Of a stretch of 39,626 bases of DNA, positions 8,503 to 16,727 are shown in pieces. Below the pieces are notes generated by a model, which saw only the letters and a program-made list of their open reading frames with translations, did no database searches and had not been told where the DNA came from. The stretch is taken from positions 1 to 39,626 of the forward strand of contig JAUHYN010000001.1 in assembly GCA_030426505.1 (NCBI GenBank), given 5' to 3'. Both the position numbers and the translations under genes were made by a program. Position 1 is the stretch's first letter. Each line of letters opens with the position of its first letter. This DNA comes from a bacterium. Lineage in GTDB: Bacteria > Myxococcota > Kuafuiibacteriia > Kuafuiibacteriales > Kuafuiibacteriaceae.

Positions 8503-9645
8503 TCAAAGCGCGTGGCGCCAGATCCCGTTCCGCGCGTCGTCCGGCGCGGCCACTGCGCGCACCAAGAAGAACAGCTGCCCGTTCGCGACGACGCCCGGAG
8601 CCGCGAAGCGATCCAAGACGCGATCGTCGTTGGTGACGAGGTCGCGCACGTTGCAGCGCGCCGACCTGCGGGAACGGCGGGCCGGCGGCGGCGTCGACCG
8701 TGTAGATGAGCTGCGTGCTCGACGGTCCGAAGAACATCCCGGTCCGCGAGGGCGACGACACCGGGATCGTCACGGTCGTGGAGAGCGCGAAACCGTAGAC
8801 GACGATCGATGTCCCGCCGAAGAACGCGAGGCGGCTCGAGTCAGGTGAGATGACCGGCGGCGGGCCGGAGGTCGGGACCGCCGCGATCGGCGAAGTGATC
8901 TGCGTCGCGACGTCGTAGCGCGCGACCTGATCCGCCGAACTCACGAAGACCAGCACCGAGCTGTCCGGCGCGAACACCGGCGGGTAGAGTGGACGAGGAG
9001 CACGTCGCCCGCCGAGCGCGCGGCGTGGACGACGACGTCGTCGCTCGCGAGGAGCTGCTGCGACGCGAGCAGATCGATCCGCGGCACTTCGAAGACGCCG
9101 GGGAGCACCACCACGTCGTCCATGCGCTCGGTGAAGCGGCCCGCGGTCGAGACCGTGAGGCGGTAGACGCCCACCGGCAAGCCGCGGAACGTGTACGCGC
9201 CGCTCGAGCTCGTGACCGTCGTCGCGAGGATCTCGGAGGCGCTGCTCGTCGCGACGCGGCGGAGTTGGACGTCGATGCCGCCGTGCTGCGTGGCCCCCTC
9301 GCGGAGCGCGATCCCCACGACGTCGCCGGTCAGGTCCTCGGGCGTGCCGCCGCCCGCGCCCGAGCAAACGTACGTGGTCGACGCGATCTCCGCGTTCGAG
9401 AGCGCGCCGTCGCCGTCCGCGTCGACGCCGACGTGAATCGCGGCGCCACCCGCCGGACAATTCGCGCCCGCCGGCTCCGGGTCGACGCGCACGAGGCTCC
9501 CGGCCGCGCCCGGCGTACCCATCGCGCCGGTGGCGCCCGCGGGACCTGCGGGGCCGGAAGCGCCCGTCGCGGGTTCGAAAGGCGGTCCGTGACCGCGGTC
9601 GTTCGGGGACGTCCTCTTGGGGCCATCGAACGCGCGTGCTAGCAA
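8503..9645 (-). pseudogene. collagen-like / carboxypeptidase-regulatory-like / beta-propeller surface protein readable only with two frame changes; no signal peptide
   Basis: Segment 1 (frame of track ORF 8941..10098) reads GASGPAGPAGATGAMGTPGAAG, EPAGANCPAGGAAIHVGVDADGDGALSNAEIASTTYVCSG, SGAYTFRGLPVGVYRLTVS and ...AGDVLLVH, then junk and TGA at 8941. Segment 2 (frame of track ORF 8174..9853) reads LYPPVFAPDSSVLVFVSS...PVISPDSSRLAFFGG...MFFGPSSTQLIYTV...PFPQVGAL. Segment 3 returns to the first frame: NVRDLVTNDDRVLDRFAAPGVVANGQLFFLVRAVAAPDDARNGIWRHAL, stop TGA at 8503-8505. The shifts lie near 8985-8995 and 8650-8660. Confidence 0.5.
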
Positions 9646-10232
9646 ATCGAGCCGTGAGACGCGTCGCGATCGCCCTCCTCCTCGCCGCCGCGTGCAGCGG
9701 CAACTCCGACGACGACGACGACGCGACGTCCCCGCGCGACGCGGGCGCGGTGACCCGGGACGCCGGCGTGCGCGACGGCGGCGCGACGCCGTACGACGGC
9801 GGCCCGCTCCCCTCCTTCTGCGAGGCGCGTTGCGACTTCGAGACCCGCTGCAACCCCGGCGAGACGAGCGACTACTGCGGCGCGCCGTGTACGCCGTGGT
9901 CCGAAGCGATCCGCCCCGCGGCCCTCGAGGAATTGGCGAGCTGCCTCGGCGTGGGCGCCGACTGCTCCGCCGCCGGCGACGAAGACAGCTGCTTCGCCAT
10001 GGCCGCGCAGGCCGCGGGCACGCGCGCGCTCGACACGATGCTCCGCGACGCCTGCACGACGAAGCACACCGCGTGCGGCGACACGTTCCCCGTCGCAATC
10101 TGCGCCGACACGAACAACATCGAGCTGTACGTCGACTCGGTGTTGGTCGCGTTGAACGGGTGCTTCGCGCCGAACGCCGACTGCATGGACGTCTTCGACT
10201 GTTTCCTGGCGGCGATCCCGTCGATCGACTGA
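9636..10232 (+). CDS. Cys-rich lipoprotein of unknown function
   Basis: GTG 9636 (or in-frame GTG 9654) gives (MLANRAV)RRVAIALLLAAAC, a signal peptide with lipobox. An acidic/RDAG linker follows (SPRDAGAVTRDAGVRDGG), and the mature part has about 16 Cys. Confidence 0.65.
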   Translation: MLANRAVRRVAIALLLAAACSGNSDDDDDATSPRDAGAVTRDAGVRDGGATPYDGGPLPSFCEARCDFETRCNPGETSDYCGAPCTPWSEAIRPAALEELASCLGVGADCSAAGDEDSCFAMAAQAAGTRALDTMLRDACTTKHTACGDTFPVAICADTNNIELYVDSVLVALNGCFAPNADCMDVFDCFLAAIPSID

Positions 10233-10245
10233 GGCCGGGAGCGCG

Positions 10246-11184
10246 TCAGCGTTTCGCGGCGAAGCGCCCGACGATCGGGACGTGATCCGACAGCCCGTCC
10301 CACGGCCCGGGCGCGCCGAATGGGTGCGTGTCCTCGAAGTCGAGCCACCGGAGGCCAGGCCCCGCGAAGATGTGGTCGAGGCGCATCCGGTAGCGGAGGA
10401 ACCCCGCGGTCGGCCACGCCGTACGGAGCGCGTCGACCGAAGATCCAAGGACCTCCGGGAACGGGTCGCGCACGTGCAGCACGTCTTGGATCTGATCGTA
10501 GACCGGCGAACCCGGGAGCGAGTTGAAGTCGCCGACGATCAAGTAGCGATCGCTCGACTTGTTCTCCTCGACGAACGACGCGAGCGCCGCGATCTCCCGC
10601 GACTGGTTCTTGCCGTAGCCCATGCGCCCCGGGATTCGATAGAAGTCTTTTGAAAAGAACGCTGGCAGGGACAGGTGCGTGTTGAAGATGTCGACGTCCC
10701 AGCCGTCGCTCGTCGCGACCCGGACGTGCGCGCAGATCCGCGACTGCTTCCATCGCGCCGAGGGCCCCGCGCGCCGATGCGTGATCTCGCCGTGACCGCC
10801 GACCGCGGCGATCACACGATCGTCGTCGCGCACGAGGACCGCGAGGCCCGTCGTGTAGATGTGCGCCTTCCCGAGGCGATAGGTGTGCGCGGGGAAGTAG
10901 TGCGGGCGGTAGCGGTGATAGCGGTCGGCGTGGTGGAGCGCCCAGTCGAAGCGCTTCATGAACGCCTCGATCTGCGTCTCGCCCATGTGACTCGGCGTGT
11001 GCGAGAGCGTCGAGCGGAGCGAGCGCGTCTCGACCTCCTGCAGGCAGATCACGTCCGGTAGCGTGTCGAGCTTCGCGATGGCGTCGGTGATGCCGTCGAT
11101 CGCGATTCGCCGCGACGCGGCGCCGCGCATGGGCGCCACGTGTCCGAAGTACCGGACGTTGTATGTCATCACCCGGAGCGTCAC
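10246..11184 (-). CDS. endonuclease/exonuclease/phosphatase (EEP) family metal-dependent hydrolase
   Basis: EEP motifs present: MTYNVRYF, VICLQEVE, FNTHLS, GDFNS, DHIF, SDHVPIVGRF. The GTG start at 11184 lies 3 nt downstream of the preceding stop (11188-11190). Confidence 0.8.
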   Translation of the reverse strand: MTLRVMTYNVRYFGHVAPMRGAASRRIAIDGITDAIAKLDTLPDVICLQEVETRSLRSTLSHTPSHMGETQIEAFMKRFDWALHHADRYHRYRPHYFPAHTYRLGKAHIYTTGLAVLVRDDDRVIAAVGGHGEITHRRAGPSARWKQSRICAHVRVATSDGWDVDIFNTHLSLPAFFSKDFYRIPGRMGYGKNQSREIAALASFVEENKSSDRYLIVGDFNSLPGSPVYDQIQDVLHVRDPFPEVLGSSVDALRTAWPTAGFLRYRMRLDHIFAGPGLRWLDFEDTHPFGAPGPWDGLSDHVPIVGRFAAKR

Positions 11185-11187
11185 GGA

Positions 11188-12252
11188 TCAGTTCGGCGGG
11201 CGCGTGTCGTCGTAGATCCGGCGGAGCAGCTCGAGGCCCGGGCGCAGCTCACCGTCCGCGATGCGATGCACCGTGCGCTGGAGGATGTTGTTCACCGGGA
11301 CCGCGATCCCGTGCCGGTCCGCGCGCGAGACCACTTCACCGTTGAGGTAGTCGACGGCGGGGCGACGGCCGCGCTCGATCGCCGCGAGCATCGACGAGCG
11401 GAGCCGACGGTAGCGCGCGCCGACCGCGAGGAGCAGCGCGTGCTTCTTCACGAGTGAAGCGGAGCCGCTCGACGTCTTCTCTTGCTCGGTGAGCGCGAGC
11501 TTCTCGAGGTTGAGCGTCCCGGCGACCTTCTCGAGGCGGACCTCTTCTGCGCGCGCGACCTCGACCGTCTCGGTCATGACCTCCAGCGCGAGGCGCCGCA
11601 CGAAGCGGTGCGCGAGGAGGTTACCGAGGCGATCGCCGCCGACCGTCCCGAGCGTGGAGATCGCGCAGTTGATCGCGAGCTTGCTCCAACGCGCGCCGCG
11701 CAGGTTCTCCGTGATCTGCACGGGCCCGATGCACTCGAGCAGCGTGGAGAGCTCGTCGCAACGCTCTTCGGCGACGCCATCGAGGCACCCGAGCGTGAAG
11801 CCACCGGACGACGTGCGCTGGTAGCGACCAGGGCCGACCATCGACGCGCCCCAGGCGATGATGCCGCCGACCACGCGCTCGCGACCGACGAGCTGCGCGA
11901 CGCGCTCTTCGCAGAGGCCGTTCTGGAAGCACACCATCACGCCGTCCTCGGCGAGCGCGGCCATCGCGGTGCGCGCGGCGACTTCGACCTGCGGCGGTTG
12001 CGTGGCGAGGAGGATGTATTGGTAGCCGGGCCCGTCGATCGGCGGCTCGGCGTACGCGGTGCCGGGGATGATGCGGGTCTCGCCGTCGCCGCCGACCCAG
12101 AAGCCGCTGCGCTCGATGGAGTCGCGGATCGCCTGGTTCGTGCTGACCGGTGTGACGGTGCAGCCTTGTTCGATCAAGTGCGCAGCGACGATCCCACCGA
12201 TGCCGCCGAGCCCCATCACGAGGACGCGGGGGGACTGGTCGTCCGTGATCAT
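11188..12252 (-). CDS. ketopantoate reductase (PanE/ApbA) family NAD(P)-dependent oxidoreductase
   Basis: The track ORF is trimmed to ATG 12252, which overlaps the upstream stop as ATGA. It has a Rossmann motif (VLVMGLGGIGG), WSKLAINC, and the C-terminal SSMLAAIERGRRPAVDYLNGEVV block typical of the family. The position that I recall as the TE(I/V)D Glu seems to read AVD, so true ketopantoate specificity is doubtful. Confidence 0.8.
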   Translation of the reverse strand: MITDDQSPRVLVMGLGGIGGIVAAHLIEQGCTVTPVSTNQAIRDSIERSGFWVGGDGETRIIPGTAYAEPPIDGPGYQYILLATQPPQVEVAARTAMAALAEDGVMVCFQNGLCEERVAQLVGRERVVGGIIAWGASMVGPGRYQRTSSGGFTLGCLDGVAEERCDELSTLLECIGPVQITENLRGARWSKLAINCAISTLGTVGGDRLGNLLAHRFVRRLALEVMTETVEVARAEEVRLEKVAGTLNLEKLALTEQEKTSSGSASLVKKHALLLAVGARYRRLRSSMLAAIERGRRPAVDYLNGEVVSRADRHGIAVPVNNILQRTVHRIADGELRPGLELLRRIYDDTRPPN

Positions 12253-12602
12253 CCGAGCGGCGCTCCGACTTCGAACACCAAGTGCGGCGCGGGGCGGAAG
12301 TAGAAGATGCGCCAACCCCACTCGGTGTCTTCGGGGCGATCGTCCACGCGCAACTTCGACGCGAGGAGCTGACCGTAGATGCGATCGACCTCTTGCGGCG
12401 TCGCGACCTGGAGCGTCACGAGGACGTCGTTCTCACCGAGGTCGCCCGCCGGCGGGTGGTGCGCGACGGTGGAGTGGCCCATGTGGAAGGACAACAAACT
12501 CCCGTTGTCGATCTCCACTTGGCCGGAGACGATCTGACAGAATCTCTTCAGTGGATCGCCGTTCGTGTTGAACAGGCAGACCTGTGCGAGGTGGGCGGGC
12601 AT
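12249..12602 (-). CDS. small VOC (glyoxalase/bleomycin-resistance-like) family protein
   Basis: The track ORF is trimmed to ATG 12602 (MPAHLAQVCLFNTNGDP...). The size (117 aa) and beta-alpha-beta pattern fit the family, and GC3 is high. It is the first gene of a three-gene minus-strand operon. The family call is weak. Confidence 0.5.
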   Translation of the reverse strand: MPAHLAQVCLFNTNGDPLKRFCQIVSGQVEIDNGSLLSFHMGHSTVAHHPPAGDLGENDVLVTLQVATPQEVDRIYGQLLASKLRVDDRPEDTEWGWRIFYFRPAPHLVFEVGAPLG

Positions 12603-12915
12603 CGGCGTTCGCAGATACCTCCGATCGCAGCGTCCGGCTACCGGTCCGTCGGCCGGCCACGGCACACGGATTCAGTACCGAAATGTACGGGCGCTTCCGA
12701 CGCGTCGGTAGGTCAGGGATGGTTCGACAAAACGGTGGCTTGGCGGAAACCGTCTGAAAAGTCGGTGGGTTGTGCGGCCCCGCACGTTCCAAATGGCCGT
12801 TGACGGGCTGATCGGCGGGGGGCATATCAGCGGCGCCTTGACCACTGAATCGTCATTCATTTCCGACCCGTGCGCCGGGAATGCAGACCTCACGATGGAT
12901 ACGAAGGAGTACGGC
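12603..12915. promoter_or_regulatory. 313-bp divergent intergenic control region between the VOC-reductase-EEP operon and the FAAL-PKS operon
   Basis: This is the longest non-coding gap in the window and is visibly less GC-rich. An AAGGAG ribosome-binding site (12904-12909) lies 6 nt before ATG 12916. It also contains the palindrome CCGACGCGTCGG (12697-12708), GTAC-N6-GTAC (12675-12688) and a hairpin GTGCGG-CC-CCGCAC (12772-12785). No promoter can be assigned with confidence. Confidence 0.4.
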
Positions 12916-14727
12916 ATGACGCAGACGCTCGTCGACGGGCTCGCGGCCGCCGCGGCTATCGACCACAAAGGCTACACGTTCCTCGACGACCGCCTCGAGG
13001 GCGAGGAGTGGTCGTTCGCGCGGATCAGCGCGGAGGCCGACCGCCGCGCGCGTTACTTCCGTTCGCTCGGTCTCGAGAAAGGCGATCGCCTCGCGATGAT
13101 CGTCCCGGACGGTGAGGACTTCGTGCTCTCGTTCTTCGGCGCGGTGCGCGCCGGGATCGTTCCGGTCCCGATGTACCCGCCGCTCGCGCTCGGCAAGCTC
13201 GACAGCTACATCGACACGGCCGCGCGCATCCTCGGCACCGCCTCCGCGAAGATGCTGCTCACCACGAAGCAGGTCTCGCCGATCCTCTGGTCGCTGCTCT
13301 CGCGCGTCGAGACGCTCGAAGAGATCGTGCTGACCGAGAAGGTCCGCGACCACGACGACAGCACCATCACCGCGACGCTCGACGACATCGTCATCGAGCC
13401 GAGCGACGCGTGCTTCCTGCAGTTCACGTCCGGCTCCACGTCGGATCCGAAGGGCGTCATCGTCTCGCACGAGAACCTCGTCGCGAACGCGAACGCCATC
13501 ATGTACGACGGGCTCGACTGCGATCCGGAGACGGACCGCGGCGTGAGCTGGCTGCCGCTCTACCACGACATGGGGCTCATCGGCTTCGTGATCTCCCCGC
13601 TCATCGCGCACGTCCCGGTGGTGTTCATACCCACGCTGTCGTTCGTGAAGCGGCCGCCGGTGTGGCTCGACGTCGTCAACGAGTACCGCGGCACGATCAC
13701 CTTCGCGCCGAACTTCGCGTTCGGCCTCGCGACGAAGCGCGCCACGCCTCAGAAGCTCGCGCAGCTCGACTTGTCCTGCATCCGTGTCCTCGGGTGTGGC
13801 GCCGAGCCGATCAACCCGACCACGATGCGCGCGTTCGTCGACAAGTTCGCGACGGCCGGCTTCTCGCCCAACGCCTTGATGCCTTGCTACGGGATGGCGG
13901 AGGCGACGCTCGCGATGTCGTTCGATCGCCTCGATCGTCCGATGAACACGCTGACGATCGACCGCGACGCGTACGAGGGCGACAAGGTCGCCAAGGAAGC
14001 GGCCGAGGGCCTCGAGCTCGTCGGCTGTGGCGCGACGTTCCCGAACCACGACGTGGCGATCATGGGCGCGAAGGGCGAGCTGCTCGAAGACGGCCAGGTC
14101 GGCGAGATCGTGTTCCGCGGACCGAGCGTCACGCGCGGCTACTTCGAGAACGCCGACGCCACGAAGGATCTCCTCGCGGGCGGCTGGCTGCACACGGGTG
14201 ACCTCGGGTTCAAGAAGAACGGCACGCTGTACATCTCGGGGCGCCAGAAGGACCTCGTGATCCTCAACGGCCGCAACTACTACCCGCAGTCGATCGAGTG
14301 GGAGGTCGAGCAGATCGACGGGATCCGCAAGGGCAACGTCGTCGCGTTCTCGACCCCGGGCGACAGCTCGGAAGAGCTGGTCGTCGTCGCGGAGACGAAG
14401 GTCGCGGAGAAGGACCTCCTCGAGGCCGCGGTGAAGCGCCGTGTCCACGACGCGTTCGGCATCCGGCCGCGCGAGATCGTCCTGGTGGGCCCCGGAGGTC
14501 TGCCGAAGACGTCGAGCGGCAAGCTGCAGCGCCGAAAGACGAAGCAACTGTTCGAAGAAGGCACGCTCGGTACGGAGAACCGGTTGATGGGTTCGACGGC
14601 GACGCGGGTCGCTCTCGCGCGTCACCTGACGCGCTCCGCGTTCGCGCGGTTCACTCACAACATCAAGAAGACGGCGCGTCCGGCGAAGAAGCTCGTCGAC
14701 GTCGTGCGTCGCGCCGAAAGCAGGTAA
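12916..14727 (+). CDS. fatty acyl-AMP ligase (FAAL, FadD32-like)
   Basis: The start is chosen at ATG 12916 behind AAGGAG. FAAL-type blocks present: GDRLAMIVPDGEDFVLSFFGAVRAGIVPVPMYPP, FLQFTSGSTSDPKGVIVSHENLVAN (13426-13455 covers TSGSTSDPKG), WLHTGDLGF and LPKTSSGKLQR. Confidence 0.9.
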   Translation: MTQTLVDGLAAAAAIDHKGYTFLDDRLEGEEWSFARISAEADRRARYFRSLGLEKGDRLAMIVPDGEDFVLSFFGAVRAGIVPVPMYPPLALGKLDSYIDTAARILGTASAKMLLTTKQVSPILWSLLSRVETLEEIVLTEKVRDHDDSTITATLDDIVIEPSDACFLQFTSGSTSDPKGVIVSHENLVANANAIMYDGLDCDPETDRGVSWLPLYHDMGLIGFVISPLIAHVPVVFIPTLSFVKRPPVWLDVVNEYRGTITFAPNFAFGLATKRATPQKLAQLDLSCIRVLGCGAEPINPTTMRAFVDKFATAGFSPNALMPCYGMAEATLAMSFDRLDRPMNTLTIDRDAYEGDKVAKEAAEGLELVGCGATFPNHDVAIMGAKGELLEDGQVGEIVFRGPSVTRGYFENADATKDLLAGGWLHTGDLGFKKNGTLYISGRQKDLVILNGRNYYPQSIEWEVEQIDGIRKGNVVAFSTPGDSSEELVVVAETKVAEKDLLEAAVKRRVHDAFGIRPREIVLVGPGGLPKTSSGKLQRRKTKQLFEEGTLGTENRLMGSTATRVALARHLTRSAFARFTHNIKKTARPAKKLVDVVRRAESR

Positions 14728-14732
14728 CCACG

Positions 14733-15584
14733 ATGGGCTCCACAAAAGACGAAGTCCAAGTCAGCTACGACGTCTCCAACGAGTTCTTCCGCCTCTGGCT
14801 GGATGAGCGGATGAACTACACGTGCGGTGTCTTCGAGGGGACGGACAACCTCGAAGAGGCGCAGGTGAAGAAGCTGAACGTCATCCACGACTTCGCGAAG
14901 ATCACCCCCGAGAAGCGCGTGCTCGACATCGGCTGCGGCTGGGGCGCGAACATCGAGTTCCTCGCGATGGACAAGGGCGTGAAGGACGTCAACGGCGTGA
15001 CGCTCTCCTCGGCGCAGTTCGAAGAGATCCAGCGCCGCAACGTCCCCGGTGTGACCGCGGAGTGCGTGAACTTCTTCGACTACGAGCCGAAGGAGAAGTT
15101 CGACGCGCTGACGTCGATCTGCATGATCGAGCACGTCGCGTCGCCGGAGGAGGCCCGCAACGGCCGCGCGGTCGATCTCTACCGCCGCTACTTCAAGCGC
15201 GCGCACGAGCTCACGAACCCGGGCGCGTACTTCGGGCTCCAGACGATCCTCCGCAACTTCGTCCCGCGCACGAAGAAGGACATCCAGGACATCGGCTGGG
15301 TCACGTACAAGATCTTCCCCGGCGGCATCACCCCGCGCATGGAAGACATCGTGATGGGCGTGAACCCGTACTGGGAGGTCGTCGAGGTCAAGACGCGCCG
15401 CGAGGACTACGGCAAGACCTGCTGGCACTGGCGTGACCGCCTCCGCAAGAACGAGACGCTGATCCGCGAGAAGTGGGGCAACGAGGTCTTCGACGACTAC
15501 GACCGTTACCTGTCCACGTGCGTCACCGCGTTCGACAAGCACTACCAGTCGCTCGCGCAGTGGTCGCTCCGCCGCATCGACTGA
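14733..15584 (+). CDS. cyclopropane-fatty-acyl / mycolic-acid-type SAM-dependent methyltransferase (CMAS family)
   Basis: ATG 14733 lies 5 nt after the FAAL stop. Family motifs present: SYDVSNEFFRLWLDERMNYTCGVF and the SAM motif I VLDIGCGWG (14919-14945). The 283-aa length matches mycolate methyltransferases. Confidence 0.9.
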   Translation: MGSTKDEVQVSYDVSNEFFRLWLDERMNYTCGVFEGTDNLEEAQVKKLNVIHDFAKITPEKRVLDIGCGWGANIEFLAMDKGVKDVNGVTLSSAQFEEIQRRNVPGVTAECVNFFDYEPKEKFDALTSICMIEHVASPEEARNGRAVDLYRRYFKRAHELTNPGAYFGLQTILRNFVPRTKKDIQDIGWVTYKIFPGGITPRMEDIVMGVNPYWEVVEVKTRREDYGKTCWHWRDRLRKNETLIREKWGNEVFDDYDRYLSTCVTAFDKHYQSLAQWSLRRID

Positions 15585-15625
15585 TCTCGATCTCTGAGTA
15601 CAAGGACCAAGAAGGAATTATCGAA

Positions 15626-15865
15626 ATGAACGATCAACAAATCATCGCCCTGTTCCAAGAGGCCGTCGCGGAAGTCGACGGCAACGTGAAGCTCGGCGAG
15701 ATGACGGCGGCCACCGAGCTCTCCTCGCTCGGCCTCGACTCGGTGATGACGATGGAAGTCATCGGCGTCATGGAAGAGAAGCTCAACGTTCGCTTCCCCG
15801 ACGAGGACCTCGCGACGCTCAAGAACATGGGCGATCTCACCAAGCTGATCCACCGCCTCAGCTGA
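15626..15865 (+). CDS. discrete acyl carrier protein
   Basis: ATG 15626 follows a GAAGGAA ribosome-binding site. The protein is 79 aa with the phosphopantetheine motif LGLDSV (Ser codon 15740-15742). Confidence 0.9.
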   Translation: MNDQQIIALFQEAVAEVDGNVKLGEMTAATELSSLGLDSVMTMEVIGVMEEKLNVRFPDEDLATLKNMGDLTKLIHRLS

Positions 15866-15879
15866 GTCAGGAACCGACC

Positions 15880-16686
15880 GTGGCCAAGAACCGAGCCTTT
15901 CGCGAGGCGATCTATCGCGAGTACATGGAGTTCTTCGAGCGAGCGGAGAGAAACCGCCGCTGGAGCGTCTTCACGGACATCCCGTGGGACCAGCTCGCCG
16001 AAGAGAACAACGACGAAGAAGCCGCGTTGAACGCGGAGACGTTCGTCGGCGTGGAGTCGTATCTCCCCGACTACGTGTCGCAGGGGATCAACGTCGTCCG
16101 CGAGATGTTCGGTCAGGCCTGGTTCTCCGCGAACTGGGGCTACGAGGAGTCGAAGCACGCGCTCGCGCTGCGCGAGTACCTCGTACGCTCCGGGCAGCGG
16201 ACGTCGGAGCAGATGTTCGACTACGAGGAAGAGATCCTCGGCAAGAAGTGGACGCTGCCCTTCGAGACCGCGCGGCAGATGACCTTCTACGGCGCCGTCC
16301 AGGAGCTCGCGACCTTCATGATGTACAAACATCAGGAGAAGCTCGCGCGCGATCGCGGCGACGAGGTGCTCGCCACGATCTACGGCTACGTGGGTCGCGA
16401 CGAGGCGGCGCACGCCGACTTCTACCGGAAGGTCACCCAGCTCGAGATCGTCGAGGACCGCGAAGGCGCGATCCGTGACATGGCGCTGGTCTTCAAGAAC
16501 TTCCGGATGCCCGGCACGCTCCTCGTCCCCGACTACGACGCGCGCACCGAGGTGATGCGCAAGACAGGCGGCGTGGACCGCGGCGTCTTCTTCAAGGAGG
16601 TGTGGTTCCCCACCCTCAAGAAGGTCGGCGTCACCCGCGAGGAGATCACGCGCGCCAGCGCCGAGCTCCGCAAGTCCGCCGCCTGA
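15880..16686 (+). CDS. soluble di-iron acyl-ACP desaturase family protein
   Basis: There are two EXXH motifs: EESKH (16147-16158) and DEAAH (16402-16413). Single Glu ligands sit at the expected spacing (NAETF about 37 residues before the first motif, QELATF 33 residues before the second). The start is GTG at 15880. Confidence 0.85.
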   Translation: MAKNRAFREAIYREYMEFFERAERNRRWSVFTDIPWDQLAEENNDEEAALNAETFVGVESYLPDYVSQGINVVREMFGQAWFSANWGYEESKHALALREYLVRSGQRTSEQMFDYEEEILGKKWTLPFETARQMTFYGAVQELATFMMYKHQEKLARDRGDEVLATIYGYVGRDEAAHADFYRKVTQLEIVEDREGAIRDMALVFKNFRMPGTLLVPDYDARTEVMRKTGGVDRGVFFKEVWFPTLKKVGVTREEITRASAELRKSAA

Positions 16687-16699
16687 GTTCTCCCCTCCC

Positions 16700-16716
16700 C
16701 CTTTCGCCCCGAAAGG
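16700..16716 (+). other. small hairpin CCTTTCG-CCC-CGAAAGG in the desaturase-PKS spacer
   Basis: A 7-bp perfect stem with a 3-nt loop lies 11 nt upstream of the PKS ATG. There is no U-tract, so it is not an intrinsic terminator. The function is unknown. Confidence 0.25.
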
Positions 16717-16727
16717 CGCTTCGAAAA

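Noticed and set aside
9480-9570. The collagen-like Gly-X-Y tract as a sign of a prophage tail-fibre gene
   Set aside because: No phage structural, integrase or lysis genes are in the window. The downstream domains (carboxypeptidase-regulatory-like, TolB-like blades) fit a cellular surface protein.
8174-9853. Track ORF of 559 aa taken as one real gene
   Set aside because: Only about 110 central codons (LYPPVFAPDSS...PFPQVGAL) look like protein. The rest is poly-Arg junk that runs antisense into the kinase 3' end and over the divergent lipoprotein start. It is better explained as the middle segment of a frameshifted gene.
12800-12828. A possible sigma70-type promoter TTGACG-17 nt-CATATC upstream of the FAAL gene
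   Set aside because: The -10 element matches only 3 of 6 consensus positions. Myxobacterial promoters are poorly described by the E. coli consensus, so this cannot be supported without 5'-end mapping.
12853-14745. A 630-aa minus-strand ORF opposite the FAAL gene, and similar shadow ORFs at 24106..26250(-), 26256..27872(-), 28297..29415(-), 30282..32612(-), 32830..34098(+), 34516..35697(+) and 36082..37767(+)
   Set aside because: The reason is the same: Arg/Glu/Asp/His-rich junk translations, each fully overlapped by a gene with clear family motifs on the other strand.
12772-16727. N-terminal extensions of track ORFs (FAAL from 12772, methyltransferase from 14298, ACP from 15473, PKS from 16602; also 2399 for the hydrolase, 3260, 12321, 12665, 24577 and 30411)
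   Set aside because: The extensions overlap the preceding gene or an intergenic region and translate to Arg/Pro-rich junk. Internal ATG or GTG codons sit behind ribosome-binding-site-like sequences and coincide with the start of family homology or of a signal peptide.
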